Shown: one piece after another, positions 1 to 11,949 of the stretch
Layout of the letters: the number at the start of each line of letters is the position of its first letter
Position numbering within the stretch: the first letter of the stretch is position 1
Notes under the pieces: generated by a model
The model's database searches: none
The model's input: the letters and a program-made list of their open reading frames with translations, nothing else
What the model was told of the DNA's origin: nothing
Program-made: the position numbers and the translations under genes
Source: Chiloscyllium plagiosum
Lineage: Eukaryota
Assembly (NCBI RefSeq): GCF_004010195.1
Contig: NC_057719.1
Location: 56,425,079-56,457,016, forward strand
DNA: 31,938 bases
Direction of reading: 5' to 3'

Positions 1-169
1 ATTCTGCAGAATGTTAGGCATTGTTAGCATCCAGGCAGGTTTTATTGTTTGGAGGAAAAGTTGATTAAAATGGAAAAAAACCTAGGCAAGTATTATGGAT
101 AGAAAAATTAAACATCCATAGAGAAATAAATACGTAAATCAGCTTCTTAAAAGATGTTCCTACATGCCA

Positions 170-280
170 AGGATTGCAGTTTAACAAAGCAGCTTACCAC
201 ATCTTCTAAAAGGTATTTGGGAATAGACAGTAAATGCTGGCTCAGTCATTAATTCTAATTCCCTTGAACAAATTAAAAAC
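170..280 (+). mobile_element. Degenerate LINE/SINE 3' tail, same family as 26960-27240
   Basis: gcagcttaccacatcttct...taaatgctggc resembles gcagctcaccaccaccttct...taaatgctggc at 27149-27201. Confidence 0.5.
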
Positions 281-637
281 AAACTGACTGAAGCAGTAGG
301 AGACTCTGCAAGATTCATTGTATGCAGGTAGGGAAAATAAAGTTAGTTGGACAGGATCAGGCTGCAACAGTGTATCAACTTTGACATTCCTCATTGAGTA
401 TTAAGGGATTTTGGAGGTCATGGCATTAAGTTCTTCAGAGATGAGATAAATGACAGTCTTTGAAATAATGGCTGAAGGTTCAAGATTAAATGGTGGAGAA
501 ACATGAAATCTAGACTTCAATCATAGCAAAATAGTGGAAGCAAGATTATTCTAGAAGAAAATGGGCTTTTGGCACCATCATGTTCACCATAAATTTAAGC
601 TATTACTAACAGGCTTCTTTTTTTTTTATATATAAAG

Positions 638-735
638 TTTGTGACTTCTTGGGAGAAAAGTTAGCTTCACTTTTTGGTATAAATGCTCCAAAGTACCAAT
701 ATGCTATTGACGAGTACTACAGGATAAAAAAGGAG
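638..735 (+). CDS. FAM177A1: FAM177A1 penultimate coding exon (98 nt): (V)CDFLGEKLASLFGINAPKYQYAIDEYYRIKKE
   Basis: Poly-T tract and AG at 636-637, GTAAGT donor at 736; translation matches recalled FAM177A1 motif CDFLGEKIASVLGISTPKYQYAIDEYYRMKKE. Confidence 0.95.
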
Positions 736-1708
736 GTAAGTGGATTGCATATGTTTGTTCAATAAGTTAAATTCAGCAAGCCATTTCACTTGTTTTATAA
801 ATGAACAATAGGCAAATTAATTCTTTATGAACTCAGGAAATTCTTAGCCTAGACGCTTTAATTTCTAATATTTAGTGTGCTTTGTCAACTAGACTATTAA
901 TATATTGACTTAAATTTTACAAGGATAATTGAATTTGCTTTCTATTGTGAGTATGCTGTGATTCAAATCCTTTTAAATATGCAAGAGTCAGATGTTTGAA
1001 AAAATTGAACCATCATTCGACCATTAATACCTACAGACAGGAAAGCAGGAATAATACACTGATGTAGTGAAACATCCATCTTATCCAATTTTGTGAAATC
1101 ATTGCTTTTCCAAGTGATCCTTTATCATGGAAGCAGCATATTTTCCACAAACTATTTGCAAATTAAAATATCTCTGCCATGTAGTTGAGATTGATGTTTC
1201 ATGCATTGTCAGAGGAAGATCAATACATAAGCAAGCATGTATGACATATTTCTGCCCAGTTACTGCAGTTGCCAAGTCAGGAAATTGGAAGTGATTTGTG
1301 TAGATATCATAAAATCAGATACAACTGACTGTGGGCTTTGCAAGCTAGTGTGGTAAACAAGTTACCTAGGTAGATCATGAGATCAGCTATGAGAAGTTTT
1401 TTTTTGTGTGGAGTTAACAAAGTTCGTAAGTGTCTGTGCAATAGGCAATTAAATTAGTCAGTATCCAGTTCTTTAAATGCATTTATAGATGTCAAAAGAA
1501 TACAGAGTATTCCCTGTAGTAGAACGGCATGCCAGACCTGCTATTAAAGTTCAGCAACATGAAATTTACAGGCACGATTACCTGTGGGTTACAGGAGAGG
1601 ATAGCATGGAATTGGCATAAAAGTATAGAAGTTAGAAAGTTATTTATAGGATAAGTTTGTAAAAGAATCTTGTTCAGCTAGGCTTGCTAATGCATGTAAA
1701 TGTTACAG

Positions 1709-1915
1709 GAGGAGGAGGAAGAGGAAGAAAATAAAATGTCAGAAGAAGCTGAAAAGAATTACCAAGAGCAAATGGAACAGCAGCAAGAGATGGTTAGTGC
1801 ACATGATGGTCTGCCAGTAGTTAATGCATCATTTGTGAATGTCAGCTTTGAAATGGAAAGTGATCCCACCATTATAACAGAAACTAAACAAAAAAGTGAT
1901 CCTATTCCAACCTAG
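1709..1915 (+). CDS. FAM177A1: FAM177A1 last coding exon: EEEEEEENKMSEEAEKNYQ...SFVNVSFEMESD...PIPT*
   Basis: CAG acceptor 1706-1708, phase 0 matching the previous exon; poly-Glu, MSEEAEK and SFVNVxFEME motifs of the FAM177A1 C-terminus; TAG at 1913-1915. Confidence 0.95.
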   Translation, partial: EEEEEEENKMSEEAEKNYQEQMEQQQEMVSAHDGLPVVNASFVNVSFEMESDPTIITETKQKSDPIPT

Positions 1916-2169
1916 AGGAAATTATCCTACAGAAGATGATGCAAGGGTTCAGCGCTGCCTGTTATCCTGAAAAACAGCTATGCCTTAATTCACTGAAAAT
2001 GCAGTTGTGCCTTGCGATCTTTCTTCTAATTTTGGTTTTCATATCATGCATCTGCTGTAATTAAACTGTTAATACTAGAAACAATATTGTATTGTTTAAC
2101 CTATATAATTGCATTATTTATTTTAGTTCTTTATAAATAAGGAAAGATCACTTTTGTATACTACACAAC

Positions 2170-2178
2170 TTTAATAAA
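2170..2178. terminator. Overlapping polyadenylation signals: AATAAA (+, 2173-2178) and ATTAAA (-, 2170-2175); additional AATAAA on - at 2117-2122
   Basis: Hexamers lie between the convergent stop codons at 1915 and 2242. Confidence 0.6.
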
Positions 2179-2241
2179 CATTTGACTATTTATCATGTAC
2201 AATTTACAAACTCAGTACAGGAGTCAGTTGTATTAATAGAA

Positions 2242-2430
2242 TCATGAATCATCCAGATCAGCACTACCATCATTGTCATTTGCAACAAGAACTTCTCTGT
2301 TTTCATAAGTCCAAAAACCATTCAGATCAATTAGAATACTGCTGACGGTGTCTCCTTGTCCACTGCTTATTAAATCTTGAAGGGTGATTTTATATGGATC
2401 TTTGGGCTTAACCATGTCGAAGATTTCATC
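2242..2430 (-). CDS. PPP2R3C: PPP2R3C (PP2A B'' gamma subunit) exon 13, last: DEIFDMVKPKDPYKITLQDL...GFWTYENRE...ADLDDS*
   Basis: CAG acceptor 2433-2431, TGA 2244-2242; near identical to the recalled PPP2R3C C-terminus. Confidence 0.97.
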   Translation of the reverse strand, partial: DEIFDMVKPKDPYKITLQDLISSGQGDTVSSILIDLNGFWTYENREVLVANDNDGSADLDDS

Positions 2431-2569
2431 CTGTAAGAACAAAGTTTTCAGTATAACCTTTCGCTTCTATGATAGATACTTAAGATTTTTTTCAGAAAAC
2501 AAATAAAACTAGACAGTCCAGGCATAAATAAAGCCATTTGACCTTCCAAGTTTGCTACCCTTCAAGAGG

Positions 2570-2762
2570 AACTTTATTGCTGGAACAGAACAGCAGGTCA
2601 GGCAGCATCCAGGGAACAGGAGATTCGACGTTTCGGGCACAGGCCCTTCTTCAGGACCCGAAACGTCGAATCTCCTGTTCCCTGGATGCTGCCTGACCTG
2701 CTGTGCTGTTCCAGCAATAAAGTTTCAACTTTGATCTCCAGCATCTGCAGACCTCACTTTCT
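2570..2762. mobile_element. Palindromic Penelope-like-derived short element with hammerhead motif on - (2627-2655)
   Basis: 68-bp inverted arms 2570-2637/2657-2724 with 1 mismatch; flanking direct repeat CTACCCTTCAAGAGGAAC at 2555-2572 and 2761-2778. Confidence 0.85.
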
Positions 2763-2831
2763 ACCCTTCAAGAGGAACATAGCTGATTATGTATCTCGCC
2801 CCATTGCTATTAGCACCTTTTTAAAGGGGGA

Positions 2832-3042
2832 AGATTATGGCCTAGTGGTATTATTGCGAGATAATTAATCCACAGATCCAGGTAGTGGTCTGGGGACAAA
2901 GTTGGAATTCAACAAAAATCTAGAATTAGGAATCTAATAATGACCATTAAATCATTGTCAACTGTGGGACAAACCTATTTAGTTTAGTGATGTCCTTTAG
3001 GGAAGGAAACTGCCATACACACCTGGTCTGGCCGACCTGTGG
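2832..3042 (+). mobile_element. tRNA-derived Deu-domain (SacSINE1-like) SINE, degenerate
   Basis: tggcctagtggt A-box-like start; core gatgtcctttagggaaggaaactgcc...cctggtctggcc recalled from shark DeuSINEs. Confidence 0.6.
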
Positions 3043-4309
3043 ATGAGTTTTAAAATAATGCTCTCAGGGTAGAACATTTCAAAGATTCAACCCTATCAAT
3101 GAAGAAATGTATTTATCTCAGGCCTGAATGATCAACGTTATTATTTTAGGTATGAGAGCCCAAGTTCTAGATTACCAAACAAGGGTAACTTTTCCTATCT
3201 ATCCCAGTCACTTTACATGCTTAACTAAAGGTGAGTAAGCATAGTCAATTTAATCTCTCCTCTGGACAATCCATTCATCTCAGAAACTAAGCTAGTGAAC
3301 TTTTGTTGCAGCTTGGGTATTAGCACAAAAATGTCACACTTCAGTGTGGAGACAAGCAAAAGACTTCTTCCTCTGCAGAGGGGCCTGGAGCCATTGACTG
3401 ATTAGTGTGCTTCAGGAGGCTCTCTACCTTCCTGAATTGGACAATAGGCTCAAAAGCAGCCACTCTAGGAAAACAGCTCACACTTATGGCTCATTGTGAA
3501 TGGAGATTTAGAACCTCCCCTACAAAAACAGTCATGACATAGGTCCCAAAATCTACAGAAAATATTAATTTCTTCCTTTTGTGCTATTTTACAATGGAGG
3601 ATTGGGAAAGTGACATTACAACTAAATATTTTATGTTTTGGAATCCAATATTTCTTAATGCATTGAGACATAAGCTATATTGAAGAGATACTTCTGCAGA
3701 TAAAAGAGTACTGCTTTACCTTGAGCATTATAAACAATCTACTCATGCCTTCTTCTATAATGCTGAATCAAAATGACAAATTAAGATGAGCTGAAAACTT
3801 GTTCCTTGACCAAATTTTTTTTAATCCAGGCCAGAATATAGAGATGTACCTTCTCCACAATGTGTCTTAAGACAAAAACAAATAGGTAATTTATTACTCA
3901 TGGCCTTTGTTCGATTATTATTTCTTGTTCTATTTAGTCCTATCTCTGCAGTAGGTTTAACTCCACAGCATCATAGCTGCAATCATTATTTAACTTGGAA
4001 AGGGGTTTGCACAGTTCTGTTGGATCAGAATAATGAAAATAATGGGATTTTATGCTGTAGTGCAAGATTAAAAGTTAGCTGTACTATTTACTTGGAAATG
4101 CCATAAAGTACTGGATGTACAGCAGCAGCAAGAATAATTTATTCCAGCCACATTTCAATATTATAGCACAACTGAAATTTTGTTACATACACACACACAA
4201 AACACAGGACATCCTCTGCTATAACTTTTGTAGACACAGTCTATATAGCATAAAACCCATCACACTTCTTTGGAAATCAAGAGGTAGAACAGTAATATTG
4301 GACTCCATT

Positions 4310-4376
4310 AACTTCACCTCGTGACTATAGATGCTGTCAGACCTGCTGAGATTTTACAGCACTTTGTTTTTATTAT
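4310..4376 (+). mobile_element. Old fragment of a Penelope-related short repeat
   Basis: gatgctgtcagacctgctg...cagcac resembles gatgctgcctgacctgctg...cagca of the 2570 and 5303 elements. Confidence 0.5.
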
Positions 4377-4482
4377 AGACTATAGGTTGCTGTACAATGG
4401 AAACTTAACATTTTCCCTCCAAAGTAGCTGTATTTGTAAAGTATTCCTAAACATTAAAATGTCTTCTGATGGTGCAAGATAC

Positions 4483-4542
4483 CTTAACATCCTGAAAGGA
4501 AACTGGCTCCTGCCCATGAAGTTTCATTTGCTCTTGTATAGC
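4483..4542 (-). CDS. PPP2R3C: PPP2R3C exon 12 (60 nt): AIQEQMKLHGQEPVSFQDVK
   Basis: CAG acceptor, GTATCT donor, phase 0/0, homologous peptide. Confidence 0.95.
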
Positions 4543-5300
4543 CTGTATAAATAAAAATTACAGAACTACAGTAAGATTTAATTGAATTACAAAGGATTAG
4601 TGCTTGCCTGTATGTTAAGATTAGGTTAGCAAATGAGCAAACCATCCTGTCTTAACAGAACATTCCACCTTTCAGGAAAGTCCTATTACAGCATGCTAGA
4701 ATACACTTTAGTGGATAGTTGATAGATAGTATGAGTAAAAGTTCCAAGCAAACTTTTACAATTGATGGGTTGCCATTCCAGCCCTCCTTCACAAATGCAG
4801 AATCATAAGTTAACTTTACCCTTCTCAGTGGCATCATACTTATGAACATAAGTTTGGAAAAGACTTAATTAAACTGGGACTTTCTTGGTCTTAGTTCAAT
4901 ATTATCAAAATTAAAATACTGTTTTTAAAAAATTCACACGCACAGCTGATATTAATGAAAAAAACAAGTCAAAAATTGTAAACGAGTAATTGCATGTTTG
5001 ATTATTTTAAATACGCAAGTATTAGATAGTGAAAGCTACCGTATATACTTAAGAGTTGATCATGAAAAATCAACTCCCTATAAATTTTGGAATTTTCCAG
5101 ATATCTTGTGTAAAAGTTGACCTTAGTTCTTCACAGCTAACAGATCAACATGAGAGCCGGTATTATTCTGGACATAAACATTATGAGGAAATTGATTTTT
5201 TATGCAATTGTTTTGATGTACAATTCATACCAACAGTAGGCTACAGATTTCTTAAGTCCATTACTGAACAAGCACTATAATTAGTATAATACAAAGTTTA

Positions 5301-5500
5301 CGAGGAGAAAGTGAGGACTGGAGATCAGAGCTAAAAATGTGTTGCTGGAAAAGCGCAGCAGGTCAGGCAGCATCCAAGGAACAGGAGAATCGACGTTTTG
5401 GGCATTCCTGAAGAAGGGCTTATGCCCGAAACGTCGATTCCCCTGTTCCTTGGATGCTGCCTGACCTGCTGCGCTTTTCCAGCAACACATTTTCAGCTCT
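5301..5500. mobile_element. Palindromic Penelope-like-derived short element with hammerhead motif on +
   Basis: 79-bp inverted arms 5327-5405/5422-5500 with 3 mismatches; TSD TAATACAAAGTTTA at 5287-5300 and 5500-5513. Confidence 0.85.
5404..5439 (+). ncRNA. Minimal type I hammerhead ribozyme motif
   Basis: AUUC CUGAAGA A GGGC UUAU GCCC GAAA CG UC GAUU: catalytic core, 4-bp stem II and palindromic ACGU in place of stem III. Confidence 0.7.
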
Positions 5501-6234
5501 AATACAAAGTTTATCACACCATTATTTCTTACATAGACAAGTCTATATGCATTTACTTCACTATAATTACCGTGCAGCTACCAACAATTTCTCATGACTA
5601 CAATGATCAAATGAGACTGTATGAGAGTTAAATGTCTAATTTTTAAATAAATCAGAAATAACAGCTTAAAATGTTAATTGAAAAACTAAAACAGTAAATG
5701 AGAGAAAATGGAGGGACATGGAAGAAGTTGGCACAAAAGTTTAAGAAACAACAGGCCAGAGTCAGGTGACAACCTTCCTTTGTGTGCAGTTCAGCTGAAT
5801 TCAGTTCCCCTGTATCACTCGTGGAATTACTGTAATTCATTATGTTTTTTTTCCTTTATTCGTTTAGAGATCAACTGGGCTTTGCAAATTACATGTATGT
5901 GGTATTTTCAGCCCCTCAAAAGTAGTATCCATGTAACAGTCAACCCCATAAATTTAAGCTTAAAAGTAGTCTAAAAAAAAAAGACTTTTACACAAGTATA
6001 TACAGCATATTAACGAGATATCATTGGACCACACAAAATCTGTTACATTAATTAGCAGGACACAATCGAGAAACTGGATGACTGCATCATTTTTTTTAAA
6101 CCTCAAAAGAATTTGAGTGTTGAAATGTACACCAGATTGATGGAATAAAAGTACATTGTCTGCTGGTTGCAAGGATCCTCTATGCTACTGCTACTATTAC
6201 TGCAACACCATCAGTGTAATGCCTTTATCATACT

Positions 6235-7010
6235 AAAATGTACAAGTGCTTTCAAACAGAAAATGGATAGCAAGCTATATGAGGCGATATTAGGGCTAGT
6301 ACAGTAGATTTTCAGAAGCATCTTATGGAGGAAGAGGGATAGAAGTGTTTAGAGTGGAAGTCCAGAGCTGGGGTGCTTGTTATTTGAAGCCAATTAAAAT
6401 CAGGAGGTAACTAATAGGCCAGAATTGGAGAAGTGCAGCTTTCTTAGAGGGTTGTAGGGCTGGACCAGATTAAAAAGAGGGCTTTGAAAACAATTTCAAA
6501 ATTAATATGTGACTTAACCAGGAGTTTAAGTAGACCAGCAAGTACAGCAGTGATGGGTGAACAAAATTTGCTGTGTTTTAACACAGGTTTTGAATGGCCC
6601 AAGTTTTAGAGAGGGTAGAATGTTGGGGAAGAAGTGAAGCTGATTAGAGAGCATTGGACTAGTTAACTTTAGACAGGCAAAGGCACTGATATGATTTCTG
6701 CAGCATTTGAGCCAAAGCATGGTTGGAATCAGGTAGTCAGTGCTCAGCAGGGCCAGTAAATGGTGCAGTAGTAGTTCAGAATCACAAAAATCTGATCCAA
6801 GTTTGTAAATAGTTTGGCTCTGCCTCCGACAGTTGTCAGGCAGACAGCTGGTGCCAGTAGTTATGGAACAGATTTTGCAGCAAAAACAAAGTGCAAGGGT
6901 TTTGATCTTACATACATTTCATTCAAGGAAATTTCAGCTTATCACATATGAATGTCAAACACGTAATGACAATTTAAAGACAACACAGAGTGGTCATGTG
7001 AAGTGGTAAA
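6235..7010 (-). mobile_element. Degenerate L2-like LINE 3' region
   Basis: Purine-rich + strand and similarity to the start of the 16755 element (aagtgcttt/aaggtgcttt...); boundaries approximate. Confidence 0.45.
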
Positions 7011-7392
7011 ATGAGTTGAATTTTAATCTAATTCCCAGTAAGCATATGCCGACAATATAAATGATTGTTTCTAACAGGATACTAGTAAATGATGTTCATA
7101 AAGCCCACAGAATGGCTGAAACAGTAAATAGAAACAGCATTATGCCGGTATGACACACAGTTTGAGCTTTTCAAGATATTGCAGAGACATTTTTTGGAAG
7201 AGTTTTGTTATGCCACAGCATTTGATAGGGCAATGCTCGATACGGACATGCCTGAAATAAAAGCTCCAATTCTAGCACTAACATCTTTCACCTTGATAAA
7301 GAATTCACCAATAGTCAAGCAGAAAATCTATAACAATTTTGAAATATGCACATTGAATTCAATAAGACTTCAAAACTAGAACTAATACTCAC

Positions 7393-7530
7393 CCTGAAGA
7401 AGAAATTTAGGGAAAAAACATTAAGGTAACCCTTATTTTCCATATCCAGTAATTTAAAGATATACTGGAGAGCAGCAGGTTCCTTTCGGTTTTCCAAAGC
7501 AAGAACAAAATCCAAATATGTCTTGTAATC
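7393..7530 (-). CDS. PPP2R3C: PPP2R3C exon 11 (138 nt): DYKTYLDFVLALENRKEPAALQYIFKLLDMENKGYLNVFSLNFFFR
   Basis: AAG acceptor, GTGAGT donor, EF-hand region peptide. Confidence 0.96.
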
Positions 7531-7929
7531 CTTAAGACAAAATGTCAGAAAAGTCAATTTCAAAAGAATGGATGTGTTTTTATTTCAAAATGTTCTTGAC
7601 ATTCTAGATTGCTAACATAATGAATGACCAATTTCTTAAATTCAGATTCACAAAATAAAATACTACTAGCAATATTGGTGTTTATGTGGAGAGCAATAAT
7701 CAGTCACTTCTTGCCACACACATTTTATTCTCTGTTTATAATTACTACTGTGGAACATGAAAGGGAACCTTTTTAAACCAGTATTTGAAAGGATTGCTGC
7801 ATGTTTTGAAAAGCAAATAACACAGCACTCACAGTGATAGAAGAAATGTAAAGTCTCTTATCTTAATACACAAAGCATTTGGAGTAAGGTAGACAAACTG
7901 ACAGCACAAATCAAAGTCAGAAGGACTTT

Positions 7930-8877
7930 AACCCAGGGAGGATTTGCTGGGGTGGGGTTGGCCTCAATGGTTATTAAAATTTTCAAAACCAGTATAGGAC
8001 AGAGTATCAAAAGGATCAGGAATCTAACTTCAGGCACATCAGAAAAGGAAACATCAATGAGAGGGTGCAGTCAACATAGGACTGAGGGTGTTGTACTGAA
8101 TGCACACAGTACATAAAATAAGGTAAATCTGCTTGCAAAACAGATTGAAATTGGCAGATATGTTGTTGTGGGTATCACAGAGATGTGGTTGCAAGGGGAT
8201 TAGGGCTAGGAACTAAATATCCAAGGATACATGTTCTATTGAAAGGATAAGCAGATCGGCAGAGGGGTGGAGTTGCCTTTTTAATAAGAAATGAAATTGA
8301 ATCGATATCAAGAAGTAATATAGAGTCAGAGGGTGCAGAATCTGAGAGTGAATTTCACAAATGAAGAGCTTGATGGTTATGTACAGGCCTTTTAGCAGTA
8401 TTCAGGATGTGGGGAAGAAAATTAAATGATTTGAAAAGGTATGTAAAAAAGGCACTATTACAGTAATTATGGAGGACTTCAATATGCATGTGGACTAGGA
8501 AAACCAGGCAAACAGAGTCAAGAAAAGGAATTTGTGGAATGTCTACAAGATGTCTTTTTGGAGCAGCTTGTAGTCGAGCCGATAAGGGAAAAAGGTATTT
8601 CTGGATTTGTAAAGAGGCAGATTTGATTAGGGAGCTGAAAGTGAAGGAACCTGAAGGGCGCAATGACCATAATATGATAGAATTCATTTTGCAGTCTGAG
8701 AGAGAGAGAAGCTGTAATGAAATTACAATTGAATAAAAATCACTTCAAATACATGAAGGAGGAGCTGGCTAAAATTGATTTGAAAGGAAGCCTAACTCGA
8801 GAAGACATGGTAGGGGTTTCTGCAGGTAGTTCTGGAGGCACACCAGAAATTCATCCCAAGGAAGAAGAAATATATTA
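7930..8877 (+). mobile_element. CR1 LINE, ORF2 endonuclease part (decayed)
   Basis: VVVGITEMWL at ~8162-8191, GGLQY/GDFN-like region ~8470, DHNMIEF ~8665. Confidence 0.8.
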
Positions 8878-10001
8878 TTGATTTGATTTATTACTGTTAG
8901 GTTTACTGAGGTACAGTGAAAAGTGTGGCCTTACATGCTATTTAGGTAAATCGCACTGTATGAGCACATCAGAATAACAGAACAGAGCGCAGGATACAAT
9001 GTTACAATGCCAAGAAGGTGCAGAAGAGATCACTATTAACATTAAAGAGGTCCTCAAAAGTCTGATAACAGCAGTGAAGAAGCTGTTCTTGAATCAGTTC
9101 GTACGTGTATACAAACCTTTTTATCTTCGGCCCAACAGAAGAGGGTGGAAAAGTATATAACCAGGGTAGGAGGGATCTTTGATTACTTTCCCGATGCAGC
9201 ACGAAGTATAGATAAAGTCAGTGGATGGGAGATTGGTTTGCATGATGGATTGGGCTGTGATCACAACTCTGTGGTTTCCCTTGGTCTTGGGAAGCGCAGT
9301 TGCCATGCCATGCTGTGCCCCCTGAGGAAGTAGAGGCATTGCTATGTTTGCTTGACCGTACTGTCAATGTGGGTGGACCAGGACAGATTGTTGGTGATAG
9401 TCATGAACATTAAGTTCTAAGGAGTGACAATCTCCACCTCAGCACTGCTAATGCAAATAGAGGCATGCCCTCCACTCTGGTTCCTGAAGTCATTGACCAG
9501 TTCTTTCATTTTGCTGATGTTGACAGTCATCTTTACACCATGCTGTTAAGCAGTCACCCAATATCTTTCCTGTGCATAGTTTCATCATTGACATCTGAAC
9601 TACAAATGGAGTTGGTGCAGAATTTGGCCACACAGTCATGTGTATAAAGAGTTCAATAGGGGGCTGTGTATGTAGCCTTGCAGAACATCAGTGCTGAGGA
9701 TGATGTTGGAGAAGATGTTGTCACCAATCCTTATTACTGTGGTCTGTTGATCAGAAAGTCGAGAATCCATTTACAGAGTGAGGAACATAGACTTAGGTCC
9801 CCAAGTTTGGAGTTGAGTTTATTTGGAATTATGGTGTTGAAGGCAGAGTTGTAGTCAATCAGTAGTTGCCTGATATTGGTATCCTTGTTGTCCAAATGTT
9901 CCAGGGATGGTCAAGGAGATGGTGTCTGCTGTGGACCTGTTGTGCCAGTAGACGATTTGCAAGGGAACAGGCAATCTCAGAGGCTGGAGTTGATGTGAGC
10001 C
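8878..10001 (-). mobile_element. Rex1/Babar-type LINE inserted into CR1, 5'-truncated
   Basis: Minus-strand PLQIVYWHNRSTADTIS...TTD then [10 protein letters not shown] (Rex1 RT motifs); tail AATAAATCAAATCAA at the left end. Confidence 0.75.
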
Positions 10002-11030
10002 AAGGGGAGGACAAGGCAACCATGGCTGACAAGGGCAGTCAGGGACAGCATAAAAGCAAAAGAAAAAGCAAATACTACAGTGAAGATTACTGCGAAGCCA
10101 GAGGAATAGGAAGCTTTTAAAAAAGCAATCGAGAATAACTAAAAAAAAAGCAATAAAAGGAGAGAAGATGAAATATGAGAGTAAGCTAGCTAGTGATATA
10201 AAAGATGATTGCAAGAGTGTTTTTTGATATTTAAACGGCAAGAATGAGGCAAGAAGGAAATTGGACCACTACAAAATGAGGGCTGGAGAAGTAACAATGG
10301 GGAACAAAGAAATGATAGAGGAACTGAATAGGTCATTCACATTAGTTTTCACAGTGGAAAACACCAGGAACATACCAGAACTTCAAGAGTCAGGGGACAG
10401 AGGTGAGGGTAGTGACCATACTAAGGAGAAAGTGCTAGAGAAACTGAAAAGTCTGAAAGGTGGATAAATCAGCTGAACTGGATGAACTACACCACAGAGT
10501 TCTGAAGGAGATAGCTAAGGAGATTGTAGAGGCATTGGTGGTGATCTTGCAGAAATCAGCAGAGTCAGGATTCTGGAGGACTGGAAAATGGCTAATGAAA
10601 CACTTCTGTTTAAGAAGGGAGCGTGGCTGGGAGGTCTGACCTCAGTCAGATTTGCATCCATTATTAAGGAGGAGATTGCAGAGTATTTGGAAGTTCACAG
10701 TAAAATAGACTGAGTCAGCATAGTTTCGTCAAGGGGAGGTCATGTCTGACAAATGTGTTAAAATTCTTTGAGGAGGTGACAAGTTCGACAAAGGATGTTC
10801 AATGGATATGAACTATTTGGATTTTCAGAAGGCCTTTGACAAGGTGCCACACAGGAGGCTGTTAAATAAGATAAGAATCCATGATATTGCGGTCAAGGTA
10901 CTCGCATGGATACAGGATTGGCTGACTGTCAGAGGACAGTGAATAGGGATAAAGGGGTCTTTTTGAGGATGGCATCCAGTGATTAGTGGGATTCTGCAGG
11001 GGTCTGTGTTGGGACCGCAACTAACAATTT
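10002..11030 (+). mobile_element. CR1 LINE continuation, RT region (decayed)
   Basis: YLDFQKAFDKVPHRRL from 10814; GILQGSVLGP ~10988-11017. Confidence 0.85.
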
Positions 11031-11043
11031 GGACCAAGGTTTT

Positions 11044-11086
11044 GTGTGTGTGTGCGTGTGCGTGTGCATGTGTGTGCGCGCGTGTA
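11044..11086. repeat. (TG)n/(CG)n alternating purine-pyrimidine microsatellite
   Basis: tgtgtgtgtgtgcgtgtgcgtgtgcatgtgtgtgcgcgcgtgt. Confidence 0.9.
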
Positions 11087-11716
11087 TACAGTCAGGAAAA
11101 CAAGGTAAACTGGGGAATTTTGTGTCCTTATTTAAAAATCTTTAACTTGTGACAACTCCAAGAAATTCCAGTGTACTACCCCAGTTATACTTCAAACAAA
11201 CCTTTTTTCTTATTCTAGCATAAAACAGGCAAAGATGATTCAGTATTGGCACAATAAAATTTGTATGATAATATTAAAATACTAAACAGGAGGGAATTTA
11301 ACCAGCTGCACATTCTTTGCTCCACAGGGCAAGCCTATCACTTGTTTATAATTATTTATCTTCTAACAGTTCAGTCAAACAAAATTACTTGGCTTAAAGC
11401 ATGAGTAGAGTTTAATTAATATTTCCTAAGATATGAACAAAGAGCTTTATATATGAGAATTTACTAAATTAAGTCTTGGCTAAGCAGTTAAAACTGCACA
11501 GCAAGTCTAATCCTTAATCTGATGTGCCCAAAATCACTAATATAGCCATGAGAAAACATTTAGACTTTGATTGCCACAAAAACTCTTTCAAAAATAGTAT
11601 CTCTAAATTGATTGAACAGAACATTTAGTTTAAAGAAGGTAAAATTAAATTCCAATACAGTTTCTTAACTTCACAAGAGATTGATTGTTGCAGGTGAATT
11701 ACTTGTAGGCAATTAC

Positions 11717-11853
11717 CATTTCTCCATCATACGTTAGGCACTCCTGAAAAACCCTATCCAAAAACACACCCGTAAGCGTTCCAGTACCATAACGCGATAA
11801 CTCTTCTTTGCTGAGCATTCCATTGTGATCTTTATCTAGATTTAAGTACTGAC
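11717..11853 (-). CDS. PPP2R3C: PPP2R3C exon 10 (137 nt): GQYLNLDKDHNGMLSKEELSRYGTGTLTGVFLDRVFQECLTYDGEM
   Basis: TAG acceptor, GTAATT donor, EF-hand loop DKDHNGMLSKEE. Confidence 0.96.
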
Positions 11854-11949
11854 CTAAGAAATAAAAATGATCATACTGTAAACCATGCACCATAACAGAT
11901 ATGCCGCACAAGTTATGAAGGATCATAATAGTATGTATTCAACACATAC

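Noticed and set aside
1706..1717. Tandem NAGNAG acceptors in the FAM177A1 poly-Glu tract
   Set aside because: Downstream triplets are GAG, a poor acceptor; CAG gives the expected eight Glu.
2570..5500. Palindromic repeats as DNA-transposon MITEs or CRISPR-like repeats
   Set aside because: TSDs are long and variable (9-18 bp), one arm extends beyond the other, and there is no repeat-spacer array; this fits Penelope-type retrotransposition.
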